In this document: piece after piece, positions 36,826 through 48,489 of the stretch
Numbering within the stretch: the first letter of the stretch is position 1
Layout: each line of letters opens with the position of its first letter
Origin: Mobula hypostoma
Lineage: Eukaryota
NCBI RefSeq assembly: GCF_963921235.1
Contig: NC_086097.1
Location: forward strand, 41,976,001-42,040,000
DNA: 64,000 bases
Reading direction: 5' to 3'
The notes under the pieces: generated by a model
Seen by the model: only the letters and a program-made list of their open reading frames with translations
Told to the model about the DNA's origin: nothing
The model's database searches: none
Position numbers and translations under genes: made by a program

Positions 36826-39257
36826 TCAATCTGTTTGTTCATGTGGGGGTACCATCATTCTGGGGATGGCACCAAAGTCATTTTATCACTTGGTGGTATA
36901 AGTATAGATCTTGGCTTGGGTACTGCATTGTCAGCAGGGGCAGCTCAAAGCACAGATGATGAGGGAACATTCGCTGTGTCATTTGATCTTAACAAGTTTC
37001 TGCAGTCATCACAGAATCCTGTCCCATTTCTACAACTGGATCTGGATTGGTCAGTTTGTGCTGGTTTTCAGTAGCCTGAGAAGTGGGCAACAGCTAACCA
37101 ACGTACCTTCTCCACGTGTTGAGGTTACTAGTTTCCACTGTGTATGACACCGGACCAGTTTGTGCCACCGCTGTCACAGGTATCCACTTTGTTCCAGAGA
37201 TGTGGTTTGGGGCAAGTACTCTCTGCCTTGTTATGAAACCTCTGTACTTCGTTTTGGCGTGTCTCTCTGCTTGGGTTTTCTGCTCATTTAGCACAATTTG
37301 TTTTGTATTTGGGAGTCTAAGCAGGTCGGGTCTGGTGTGAAGTTGTCTCTTCATCAGTGAAGTGGCTGCCATTTGAGGTGGAGTGAGGTGTGTTGTGGTT
37401 TGTCAGCAAGACTGTGCTAGGGCGCTGGCTGAGGGAGTCACTTTCCACTGCAGTCTTGAGGACTTGTTTCATTGTTTGTACAAATTGTTCAGCAAGACCA
37501 TTGGTAGCTGGATGATAAGGTGCTGAATAGCATTTGCTTCCATAAATGCTTTGGACTCTTCAGATGGGAGTTGTGGTCCATTATCACTTACAAGCTTTTG
37601 AGGAGGCCCAAAGTGACAGAAGATAGAACATAGCTTCTCAATGTATTTTTCAGATGTAGTGTTCTTCATGATGACAATGTCAGGCCATTTGCTGTGTCTG
37701 TCCACTATGATGATGAACATGTGGCCTTCTATTGGTCCTGCAAAAGCTACAGTATGTGAATCCTCTGCCGTGGTTCTTTAGGCCGTTCCTATGGATGCAA
37801 AAGAGCAACAGTGTGGCAAGCTTTGGCCTTCTATTCAATGGCCACCAGAAGTAGCTGCATGTGATCTCTTTCGTGCGCACTATGCTATGGTGTCCTGTAC
37901 GTAGCTCGTCAAGCACTTGCTTTCTAAATGGTGGAGGAATGACAACATGGTAGTCCCATAGTAAACATCCTGCTAAGACTGAACTTCTTCCACTGAGCTT
38001 GGTAATGCTTCAATTCCATAGTTGGATCTCCTTTCCATTCACTTCTTACCATGTCCACTACTTTAGTTGGAACTGGGTCAGTACATGTGTGCTTCCGGAC
38101 TTGCACACAGTTTTTGGAGTTGTAGGTACTTCCTTGAGTAAAAGATCTCTTTCAGGAAAGGCTCTGGAGCTGCAGCAGTTAAAGGAAGTCTGGAAAGCCA
38201 TCAGCTTTAAAATGGTACTTGGATTTGCTATACCTTGTATTGTATTGATAGTAACAGAGCCCAATGTTCCATTTGATTAACAGCCAGGGAAGGAATGCCT
38301 GGATGTGGACCAAAAATTGACACCATAGGACAATGATCTGTCAGTACGGTAAATTGTAGACCAAAGAGAAATTGATGGAATTTCCTAACTCCAAAGACAA
38401 TTGTGAGTGCTTCCTGCTCAATCTGGGCATAATTGTTCTATGGCTTTCTAATATCCTTAATGCAAAAAATGATTGGATGCTCTTCACCCGATGGCATGAT
38501 GTGTGAGATAACTGCCCACAAACCATAAGGTGATACGTCACAAGCTAACTGCATGGACAATAATTGGTTGAAGTGTGTGAGTGCCTCAGGTTGTGACAAA
38601 GTTGCTTTGGCCTTTTTAAAATCCCCTTCACAATGATCACAGTCTATTGCCAGAGTGTTGATTTATTTAAAAGTTCATGAAGTGGTTTCTGCATGCTGGT
38701 TAGGTTAAGGGACAAACTTTGTGTACTATATTAGTAGTCCTAAGATAGATCTTAACTGACATACATTCTGTGTTGATGGAGACTCCATGAATGCCTTTAC
38801 CTTTGATGGTGCCTGTGCTGTCAATTGCATGGTCCACATATTCAGTCGAAGGTTAAAAGAACTCACACTTATCCTTCCAGATCTTTAGCCCATATTTCTT
38901 GAATCTTTGTAGTGTAGCATCCAAAGTTCTGTAGGTGCTCACGCTCATTTTCCCCAGTAATAAGCAAGTCATCTAAATAACATTGCACCCCTGTCAACCC
39001 TCCGGATCTGCTCACTGTCAACTGTAAACCCAAGGTGATGCCAAATGGAAGCTTTCAGTACCTGAACATTCCTTCCTGTGACTCTGGCTCCACGTGCGTC
39101 TACAACTACGTTTGATACAATTCAGTCTTGCTAAATGTCTGTTCTCTGGCCAATCCTGCAAAAAGGTCATCAATGAGGGGGATGAGAGCATTGTTCAGAT
39201 GTAGGAACTGGAAAGGTTCTACAAAGCCTAAAAAGACCCATCCCTTTTTAGGACAGG

Positions 39258-40365
39258 TGTAGTGTATTTAGTATTTTAGTAATAGTTGAGAAACATTGTA
39301 AATATATTGTTTGATTAAGTGTTCTTTGTTTAAATAATTCATTACAGGTTATATGTGAAAGAATATGAATGGCATATGTCTTTATGCCACCATCATATGC
39401 TGCACCTCATTAAAGTAAAAACAAGACTAAAGTAGACATGCATTACCTCCCGGTTCCATGTTTTTTAAAATTAGTTTTATGTTTTAGAGTTACAAATCTC
39501 TACAGTGGCAACAAGAAAGTTTGAAATGAATCCAAGATGATACCTACCTATTGAAGTACAGTGAGATGTTAGAGTTTAAAAAAAAATAAAACACAGCGAG
39601 ACATTCAAGTTTTAAAAAAGCATAGCATGTGCTTCTTCAGGAAGGGACAGAAATAGTCGAGTTAAGGGGAAAAAAAAGAAAATGGACAAAATTCATGGGT
39701 TTATAAACAGTGAGTTCCAGGTGATAATAATTATAAATAATAAATTAAAAAGACAGCAGAAATGGCTGGCTACATTGGAAAGATGGATGCATTTGATTTC
39801 ACAAATGATAACTGGCTGATGTATATTGAGTGAATTGAGCAGTATTTTGAAGCAAATGAAATAGCCAATGGGAAACAATTGCCAGATTTACTGAAAGTAT
39901 TGGGTGAAAGAGTGTAGAGTTTGCTTAGAAGTTTGACTGCTCCAACCAATCCAACTGACATAAACTTTGCTGATATTGTCAAAGTAACGCAGGAGCATTT
40001 AGAACCAAAATTATTGTCAATTGCAAAACATTTAGGTTTCATAAGTGGAACCAAATGGAAGGGGAGTCCACTTCAGCATACGCCAATTGTCAGTTCTGTG
40101 ATGGTCTTAATTATGTATTGAGAGACCGTCTGGTTTCTGGAATCTTAGAAGAAAGCATTCAGAAAGGCTCCTAACTGAAGTACAACTCACATTTAAAAGA
40201 ATAATTGAAATAGCTGTATCAATGGATACAGCAGATAGAGACAAAATTGAGTTGCAGTCAGGAATGAAAGTGAGTGTGAATGAAATAACAACATCTATAC
40301 AGAAACCTGCCTGGCCGAACAAATTGCGTTACCATTGTGGCTGAGGCTCACATACACCAGACCAT
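39258..40365 (+). mobile_element. Second Gypsy element (5' LTR, PBS and gag remnant) nested in opposite orientation
   Basis: LTR TGTAG..CTACA at 39258-39504 and PBS-like tggcaacaag at 39506. gag MAGYIGKMDAFD..QYFEAN from 39761, with a decayed CCHC near 40325-40360. Confidence 0.8.
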
Positions 40366-40476
40366 TCAGGTCCTGGCTCAAAACGTCGACTGTTTATTCT
40401 TTCCATAGATGCTACCTGGCCTGCTGAGTTCTTCCAGCATCAGGATTTTCAGTATCAGCAGATTTTCTCGTGTTTG
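40366..40476 (+). mobile_element. Penelope pLTR tail fragment
   Basis: aaacgtcgactgtttattc..catagatgct.cctggcctgctgagt..gattttctcgtgttt. Confidence 0.75.
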
Positions 40477-42133
40477 TAACAGGAACCACTGGACATGCCC
40501 ATTTACTTACACACATTGGTCCAATACCTTACTCTAGACTAGACTTCCCAATGCAGCCTGTACCTTTGGGTTGAGGGCATAAGGAATTTGTCTTGCCTTC
40601 AGGCATTTAGTTGTGTCTTGGGCTTAATAGTGATTCCTCTCATGCTGTGCAGTTCACTGTTGGATATTTGTGCATGGTTCTTCAATACCTCTTGTAAACC
40701 ATGCTTCCAATCAAGTGCACTTCACGCCAGTTGAGTTTGAGTTGCTCCATGAGCGGCCCAGAAGTACTGAATAACTCTCTTTAACAACGTACAGTGCAAG
40801 TTTTCTTTCTCTATTCTTTTAATATCCACTATAAAATGTACTACACCCCTCACTGGAACAATCTCACCAGGGTGTATTTAAAGTCAATCTTGTCCCTTCT
40901 GGGGTGAGATGGTGCAATTTCTCCTTGTAAACTGTCTCTGACACCTGTGATACTGCACCACCCTGTCCGACTGCATCCCCACTGTGGCTCCATCCAACCA
41001 TGGGGTCACCCAATGACCATCTTTGTGTCTTGAAACAGATAAAACATGCAAAGCTTCTTCAACCACAGAGTGAGAGTCACTCAGTCCATCCTCAATATTC
41101 TCCATCTTGTTCACATGTCTCTTTTTGTTTTCCCAAAAGTTAGTTTTTGTTTGGTTGATAGTGTCTATTTGCTTTTACAGGTGTGTTCAATATGTCCCTT
41201 TTTGCCACAGCTTCAGCAGTCTAAATCCTTATACAAGCATTCTTTTGCTGAATGCCACAATGGTAACATTGATTGCCAATAGATGTCTTATTCTTAAAGG
41301 CAGTAGAAACTTTATGAACTTGGGAAGATACATTTAATAGCTGTGCTTCTTTAGCTGCCATCGCCATAGGTATATTAATCTCAATTGCCTTCTAACATGT
41401 TAGTCTGTCTTCTATAAGCAAACATTTCCAAATTGCCTCACTATGCAGACCACATATGAGTCCATCATGTAATATGTCATTCAGCGACCGCCCAAAATCA
41501 CAGTGTTCAGAAAATTGCTTCAGCACCACCAGAAACTGTGAAATAGACTCAACTTCTTCTTGATTTCTTTCATGAAATCTAAACCTCTCAGGAATAATTT
41601 GAAAGGTTTTGGTGAATAGCAGTCCTTTAAGATTTCAACTATGTCCTCTTAACACTCATCGCTAGGCTTAGCATGTCACACTAGATTCTGTAATAAACTA
41701 AATGTTTTTGTACCCATCCCAGTCAGAAAAGTTGGAACATGAATATCATCTGAAATTTGATTTGCCAGTGCAAAGTATTCAAATCTTTCAATATATGAAC
41801 TCCATTGCTCTGTTGTTTCATCGTACAGGTCCATACTTCCAAACACTGTCGCCGTTTTCAAATACAATCACATCCAGAAGAGTTAACTAGTCTTATACAT
41901 CTCTCTCTCCCTCTCCCCCTCTCTTTTGTTTGAATTAACCATCACATTCTCATTCACTCTCCTGAGATTCTTCACTCACCATGCTTCCTGTGGTCATTTT
42001 CTTTTCGCTCACCCACATTCACAGCTACACAACCAGCGTTGCACATAGACCTTTCTTGCCGAAGGGCGCAAGACAATAAGTATCACATGAGGATTTGTCA
42101 CTTCGTCACCAGTCATTACGTTTGTGGTACTGA

Positions 42134-43110
42134 GGCTACGTCCACACTACGCCGGATAATTTTGAAAATGAAGCTTTTTCTCTTCATTTTGACCTTCCAT
42201 CCACACTGAAATGGCGTTTTCAGCCCCCGAAAATGGAGATTTTCAGAAACAGTCTCAAGAGTGAATAAATCTGAAGACGCCTAATATCCATTGCAGTGTG
42301 TACGGGGTAACCGGAGCTTTTTAAAACCGCTGTCGTGAGGTGCCGGAACAGATGGCGACAGCGCGGCATTTCATTGTTTTCTTCTTATTATTATTACTAC
42401 TTTATTGTCGCCAAAGAATTGATGCTAGAGCGTATAATCATCGCAGCGATATTTGATTCTGCATTTCGCAGAACCTAACCATTTCAGAACAGATGGCAAC
42501 GAGACTGAAGCCAGAAGCGTTTGAAATGTACTCACCAAATACTTTGACCCATAGCTTACTGAATAAATAAGTATACTCACTTTGCCCTGTTTTCTGTCCT
42601 TACTTGTATGAAGGTGCTTTACCTAGTTATGCAAGTACTTCTCTTGACAATAGATGTGTAACAGCCCTATGTAACATTGTATGCAAACACAAGATAACAC
42701 TGATGCAGATGTGTTTTATACATTTAACAAGGTACTTTATTAATGCAACAGAGTTAGTCAGTTTTTCAATTTTCGTCATCAGCCGGGTCATACTGTCCGT
42801 GAACTCCTTGTTGGTTGCCTCCATACGCTCCAGTATTTGTTTTTTTTTGGTTTTAAGTCCTGCTGCACGAGAGCCAAGAGCAATTCCTTTTAAGTTTTTC
42901 TATTCTGTAACCAGACAAACGCGCACCAAGTATATCGTTTCCTCTTTGCTTGTTTTCTGTGTGTCCTGCGCATGCCCAGTAGGAGGAGATTCACCCAAAT
43001 ATCCGTCTAATGTGGACGGAGATATTTTGAAAAATGCTTAGTGTGGACACCTATTGTTTTTCCTTGAAACCAGCGTTTTCAAAATTATTCAGCGTAGTGT
43101 AGACGTATCC
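42134..43110. mobile_element. PIF/Harbinger-like non-autonomous DNA transposon inserted in the Gypsy 5' LTR
   Basis: Terminal inverted repeats ggctacgtccacactacgccggataattttgaaaa and ttttcaaaattattcagcgtagtgtagacgtatcc; 3-bp TSD tga/tgt. The other LTR shows the empty site. Confidence 0.85.
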
Positions 43111-43290
43111 TGTGAAGCTGGGTGGCCATGAATAACACACACATGAATAACGGGACAGAGAGATGAGGAACAAATGTGCAACTGTCTATTTTACTTGTAA
43201 GCCATCTACCAGAATGCCTTCTCACATTACGTTCAGTATGTAGCACACAGGGAAGCTTAACAGCAACCCATAATGGTCAAATACGGAACA

Positions 43291-43790
43291 TTGAGACTTG
43301 AGGAAGGGTTAAGTCAAGAGAATATATGCCAGTCCTCATTCAGGCATCAGTGGTGGAAAGGATGAGCAGCTTTATGTTCCTGGGTGACAGCACCTCAGAG
43401 GATTTATCATGGGCCCAACATGTGGATGCAATGATAAAGCCATATTTAAAGCTCTGCCCTGTCAGGAGTTTGAGGAGATTTGGGGTGTGAAAGACTCTTG
43501 CAGATTTCTATAGATGTATGGTGGAAAGCTTCCTGATGGGTTCCATCACAGCCTTGTACAAATCTCCAATGCACAGGGTCCCCAGGGGCTGCAGGCAGTT
43601 ATAGACTCAGCCAGTTCCATCACACTCAACCCTCCCCACTATCGAGGACATCTTCAATAGGTGATGGCTCAAAAAGTTGACATCTGACATAAGGACTGTC
43701 ACCATCTGTGACAAGCTCTCTTCTTATCAGGGAGGTGGTACAGAAGCCTGAAGATCCAAACTCCGTGATTCAGGAACATCTCCTTCATTT
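43291..43790 (+). mobile_element. Rex/Babar-like RT remnant, right half
   Basis: FLG..SEDLSW, FYRCMVES.L.G.IT and SGR.YRSL remnants. Confidence 0.75.
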
Positions 43791-43799
43791 CTCCAATCA

Positions 43800-44705
43800 T
43801 ATGGTACCCTATGCCAGGCTTATTGAGAATGAAAGGAGGCACGGGATCCAAGGAGACCTTGCTTTGTGGGTCTAGAATTGACGCCCACCGAAGGGAAAGA
43901 GTGATTGTAGATGGGTTATATTCTGCATGGAGGTCGGTCACGAAAACAGAAGTGCCCCAAAGAATGAATGACAGCTAAATGTGAGAACCCCAAAGATTCC
44001 CCCCCCCATACGTAAGCGGCAGCGAGCAACATTCCCCTTTCCCCCCACTGGCAAAACAAAAAGTGCACCTGCTACCGAGCACAAGCGTGAGCTAAGCGAT
44101 AGCAAAGACACAGACCAAAGTTGCCCCAAAGGCATCACATTTAATCCAACATAGGATGCAATACTGGGCTAAGAAGTGGCAGATGGAGTTCAACCCTGAT
44201 AAGTGTGAGGTGGTTCATTTTGGTCGGTCAAATATAATGGCAGAATATAGTATTAATGATAAGACCCTTGTCAGTGTGGAGGATCAGAGGGATGTTGCGG
44301 TCCAAGTCCATAGGATACTCAAAGCAGCTGCTCAAGTTAACTGTGTGGTTAAGAAGGCATACGGTGTATTGGCCTTCATCAACTGTGGTATTGAGTTCAA
44401 GAGCCAAGAGGTAATGTTACAGATATATAGGACCCTGGTCAGACCCCACTTGGAGTACTGTACTCATCCCTGGACACCTCACTACAGAAAGGATGTGGAA
44501 AGCGTGCAGAGGAGATTTACAAGGATGTTGCCTGGACTAGGGAGCCTGCCTTATGAGAATAGGTTGAGAGAACTCGACCTTTTCTCTTTGGAGCGGCAGA
44601 GGTGACCTGATAGAGGTGTATAAGGTGATGAGAGGCATTGATCGTGTGGATAGTCAGAGGCTTTTTCCCAGGACTGAAATAGTTGCTACAAGAGGACACA
44701 GGTTT
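43800..44705 (+). mobile_element. CR1 RT fragment with an unrelated insert at about 43940-44150
   Basis: ORF 44156-44605: KKWQMEFNPDKCEVVHFG..YRTLVRPHLEY. Confidence 0.9.
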
Positions 44706-45337
44706 AGTGACAGTGATTTTATCGAGGTCCTCACCTCCTACTTCGTCCATAACATCCTTCTTTGGTATATTAGATGTATCCTCCACTGTGAAGACCGATA
44801 CAAAGTAGTCGTTCAATGCCTCAGCCATTTCCTTATCACCCAATATCAATTTCCTCCTCTTGTCTTCCAAGGGACCTACGTTGACTTCAGCCACCCTCCT
44901 CCGCTTTATATATTTATAAAAACTTTTGCTATCTCTTTTTATATTTTGTGCTAATTTACTTTCATAGACTATCTTCTCTTTCCTTATTTCTTGTTTAGTT
45001 GTTCTCTGTTGCTTTTTAAAGTTTTCCCAATCCTCCAGTCTCCCACTACTCTTTGCGACTTTGTATACGAGTTTTTAATTTGATACTATCTTTTATTTCC
45101 TTTGATATCCAAGTCTGGCTCTCCTCACACTCACTGTCCTCACTTTTGACTGGAATATACTTTTGTTGAGCACTGTGAAAAATCTCTTTGAAAGAATTCT
45201 ACTGTTCCTCAACTGTCCTATTAAATAGCCTGTGCTCCCAATCTACATTAGCCAACTCCTCCCTCATCCCGTTGTAGTCTTCCTTGTTCAAGTATAATAC
45301 ACCAGTTTTAGATTTAACTATTTCATCCTCCATCTGA
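44706..45337 (-). mobile_element. CR1 ORF2 internal fragment
   Basis: Minus strand GDKEMAEALNDYFVSVFTVED and YNGMREELANVDW. Confidence 0.88.
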
Positions 45338-45429
45338 ATGCAAAGTCCTTTAAAATACTTCTCCTATATTGAGTATACATTTGTTTTGAATGCTACATTA
45401 AATTTAATATCTGTAAAGTTGGTTATAGA

Positions 45430-46765
45430 TCAGAAGACTGTAAGACATAGGAGCAGAACTAGGCTATTCAATCCACCATGTCTGCTCCATCATTTAATCA
45501 TGGCTGATTTATTTTCCCTGTCAAACCCATTCTCCTACCTTTACCCATAACTGTTGACACCCTTACTAATCAAGAACCTATCTAACTCCACTTTAAGTAC
45601 ACCCAGTGACTTGGCCTCCACAGCTGTTTTATGGCAATGAGTTTCACAGATTCACCACCTGAAGAAATAGCTGAATAAACTCTCCCTTATCACTGTTCCA
45701 AAGAGATATCCTTTTATACTGAGGCTGTTCCCTCTGGTCCAAGACTCTCCCACTACTGGACACATCCTCTACACATCCACACCATTCAAGCCTTTCAATA
45801 TCTGGTAGATTTCAATCAGATCCCCCTTCATCCTTCTCAACTGTGGCAATTATAAGCCCAGAGCCATTAAATGCTCTTCATGTTAATCCTCTGATCCCTG
45901 AGATTTTTCTCAGAAACCTTCTCTGGACCCTTCCCAATGCCAGCAGATCCTTCCTTAGATATGGGGACCAAAACTGCTCACAATACTCCAAATGTACTTT
46001 ATATAGCCTCTGCGTTGCATCCTTGTTTTTATATTCCAGTCCTCTCAAAATGATTCCAACATTGCATTCTTTCCCCGTTTAGAAAATAGTCTTCATCTTG
46101 ACTCCATCTACTGAAGTGTATGGCCATACACTTCCATGCACTGCTTTCCATCTGTCCTTTCATGGCCCATTCTCCCAAATATTCCAAGTCCTTGTGCAGA
46201 TTTCCTATTTCCTCAACACCATCTGGCCCTCCATTTACCTTTGTATCATCCTTCTTTTTCGAATGGGCTTCGTCACAAGCAGCTATCTTATAGGCACTCG
46301 AGATTCCTTCTTTTGGGATCCATTGCCAACATGATTTTCCCAATTTACCTGCATATTGAAGTTCTCCATAACCTCTGTAATATTGTTTTTCTTCCATGTC
46401 TTTTCCACCTTCTTTTGTGATTTGTACCCCACATCCTGGCAATAGATCAGGGGCCTTAATATAATTCCATTCAGGCTCTTTTCAATATTGAAATTTCTTA
46501 CTTCTACCCACACAGATTATACATCTTCTGGCCCTAAGTCACTCCATGCTAAGGATTTGATTTCACTTTTTACAAACTGAAATCTCTCCACTCTGGCCAC
46601 CTGCCTATCTTTTTGATAAAATCTGTATCCTTGATTAGGTCCCAGGTGTGTTGTTCTTCCAGCCATGACTCGGTGACGGCTACAACTTCGTATCTGTCAA
46701 TTTCTAACTGCATTATAAGTTCATCTACCTTATTTTGTATTCTGTTTGTATTAGAGTACAACAAC
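45430..46765 (-). mobile_element. Internally deleted, degraded CR1
   Basis: Inverted 3' tail at 45435-45550, RT remnant, and endonuclease NKVDEL..YEVVAVTESWL. Confidence 0.85.
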
Positions 46766-47418
46766 TGATGGCAGATGGAGTTCAACCCAGATAAGTGTGA
46801 AGTGGTTCATTTTGCTCGGTCAAATATGATGGTAGAATATAATATTAATGATAAGACTCTTGTCAGAGTGGAGGATCAGAGGGATGTTGGGGTCCAGGTC
46901 CATAGCACACCCAAAGCTGCTGCTCAGGTTGACTGTGTGGTTAAGGCATACAGTGTATTGGCCTTCATCAACCGTGGGATTGAGTTCAAGAGCCAACAGC
47001 TGATGTTACAGATATATAGGACCCTGGTCAGACCTCACTTGGAGTACTGCGTTCATTTCTGGTCACCTCACACCTTCAAGGTTGGCAAAGGTGCTGCAAG
47101 TGAAGGAGTGAGTGCGGGGATTGGCTGAGAAGTTAAACTCTTGGAAGTCTTTTTTCTGTTGTTTTCAGGAGCGGGTGATTTAAAAACTGGTCAGGACCAG
47201 CCTGCACCTCATACCTTCAAGGTCGGCAAAGGTGCGGCAGGTGCAGTGAATTATTCAGTTTATCATCCAATATAATCAAGGTTTGCTCTAGGGGAGCGGC
47301 CTTGTTGAGGGAAGTGCCTTGTGTGAAAAGTGCGAGTCTTTGTCTCGAGAGTCTTCGGTGAGGAGGCTGAGGGAGGAGACTACGCCACAGTTGGAGAGGG
47401 TGAGAGGTGGTGAAGAAA

Positions 47419-48336
47419 TGACAGGTAAACTGATTCAGTGTGCTGCTTGTATGATGTGGGAGGTCAGGGACACTGATGGTGTCTCTGTCTGCTACAACTG
47501 TGGAAAGTGTGTCCAGGTTCAGCTCCTGAAGGACCGTGTTGGGGCACTGGAGAAGCAACTGGATGACCTCAGGTTTGTCCGGGAAAACGAGAATTTTCTG
47601 GACAGGACCTGCAGCTAGATCGTTACACCGAAGATACCGGAAGAGAGAAGGGGGGCGACGATGAGGAAGGGATAGATGCTTGGAGTAAGGAAACCCTGGG
47701 GAATGTACCTCTTGAAAACAGGTTCACCCTCTTGGAAGCTGTTGGGACAGAAGACACTGCCGTCTGAGAGGCGGACAGGTCTATGAGTCAAAAATTGGCG
47801 CTGAAACAAAGCCGAGGAGACAGACATCAGACAGAGCCGTGGTAGTAGGGGACTCCATAGTGTGAGGTACAGATAGGGGTTTCTGCAGCAACAGGCAGGA
47901 TTTAAGGATGGTGCGTTGCCTCCCTGGTGCCAGGATCAAGGACATCACGGACAGATTGCAGGGCATCCTCAAGGGTGAAGGTGAACAGCCGAAAGTGGTG
48001 GTGCATATCGGCACAAATGATATCGGGAAGAGGAAAGAGATTCTGCAGCGTGACTTCAGAGAACTCGGATGAAGGCTGACAAGCAGGACCTCCAGCGGGG
48101 TCTCCGGTTTGCTTCCAGTTCCTCATGCTGGTGAGGGCAGGAACAGGGAGATAGGGGATCTGAATGTGTGTCTGAGGAGCTGGTATGGGAAGCAGGGATT
48201 TAGATTCTTGGACCACTGGGATCTGTTTTGGGGTAAGGATGAATTGTACAAAAGGGACGGGTTGCACCTTAACAGACGGGGGACCAGCATTCTGGCAGGC
48301 AGGTTTGCCACTGCCACACGGGTGTGTTTAAACTAA
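47419..48336 (+). pseudogene. CR1 ORF1 (zinc finger, coiled coil, SGNH esterase), disrupted
   Basis: MTGKLIQCAACMMW..CGKC, VVVGDSIV, VHIGTND and DGLHLN. Confidence 0.88.
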
Positions 48337-48489
48337 GTAGTGGGGGGGAGGAGGAGAGGAAATATAAAGATGGAGTTAAAGGGAAAGAGAGAATAAGGAA
48401 AGTAAGAAAGACAACAGAATTAACGGGACAGAAAGATCAGGAAGGAATCAGAGAGTACAGGCAAGTGCAATAGGAATCAATGTGAAAGG

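Larger units (their letters stand above)
35899..43290 (-). mobile_element. Degenerate full-length Gypsy LTR retrotransposon with nested insertions
   Basis: Two related LTRs (35899-36070; 42114-42133 plus 43111-43290). PBS tggtgacgaag at 42101-42111, polypurine tract near 36071-36082. gag (WSSYIERFEYF), RT (WACPVVPV, YLDD at about 38968-38979) and integrase (VD.HSKWP, VSDNGPQ). TSD ttgtg/ttgag. Confidence 0.88.

Noticed and set aside
43940..44150. Insert within the CR1 fragment
   Set aside because: No TSD or family motif that I can identify; left unclassified.
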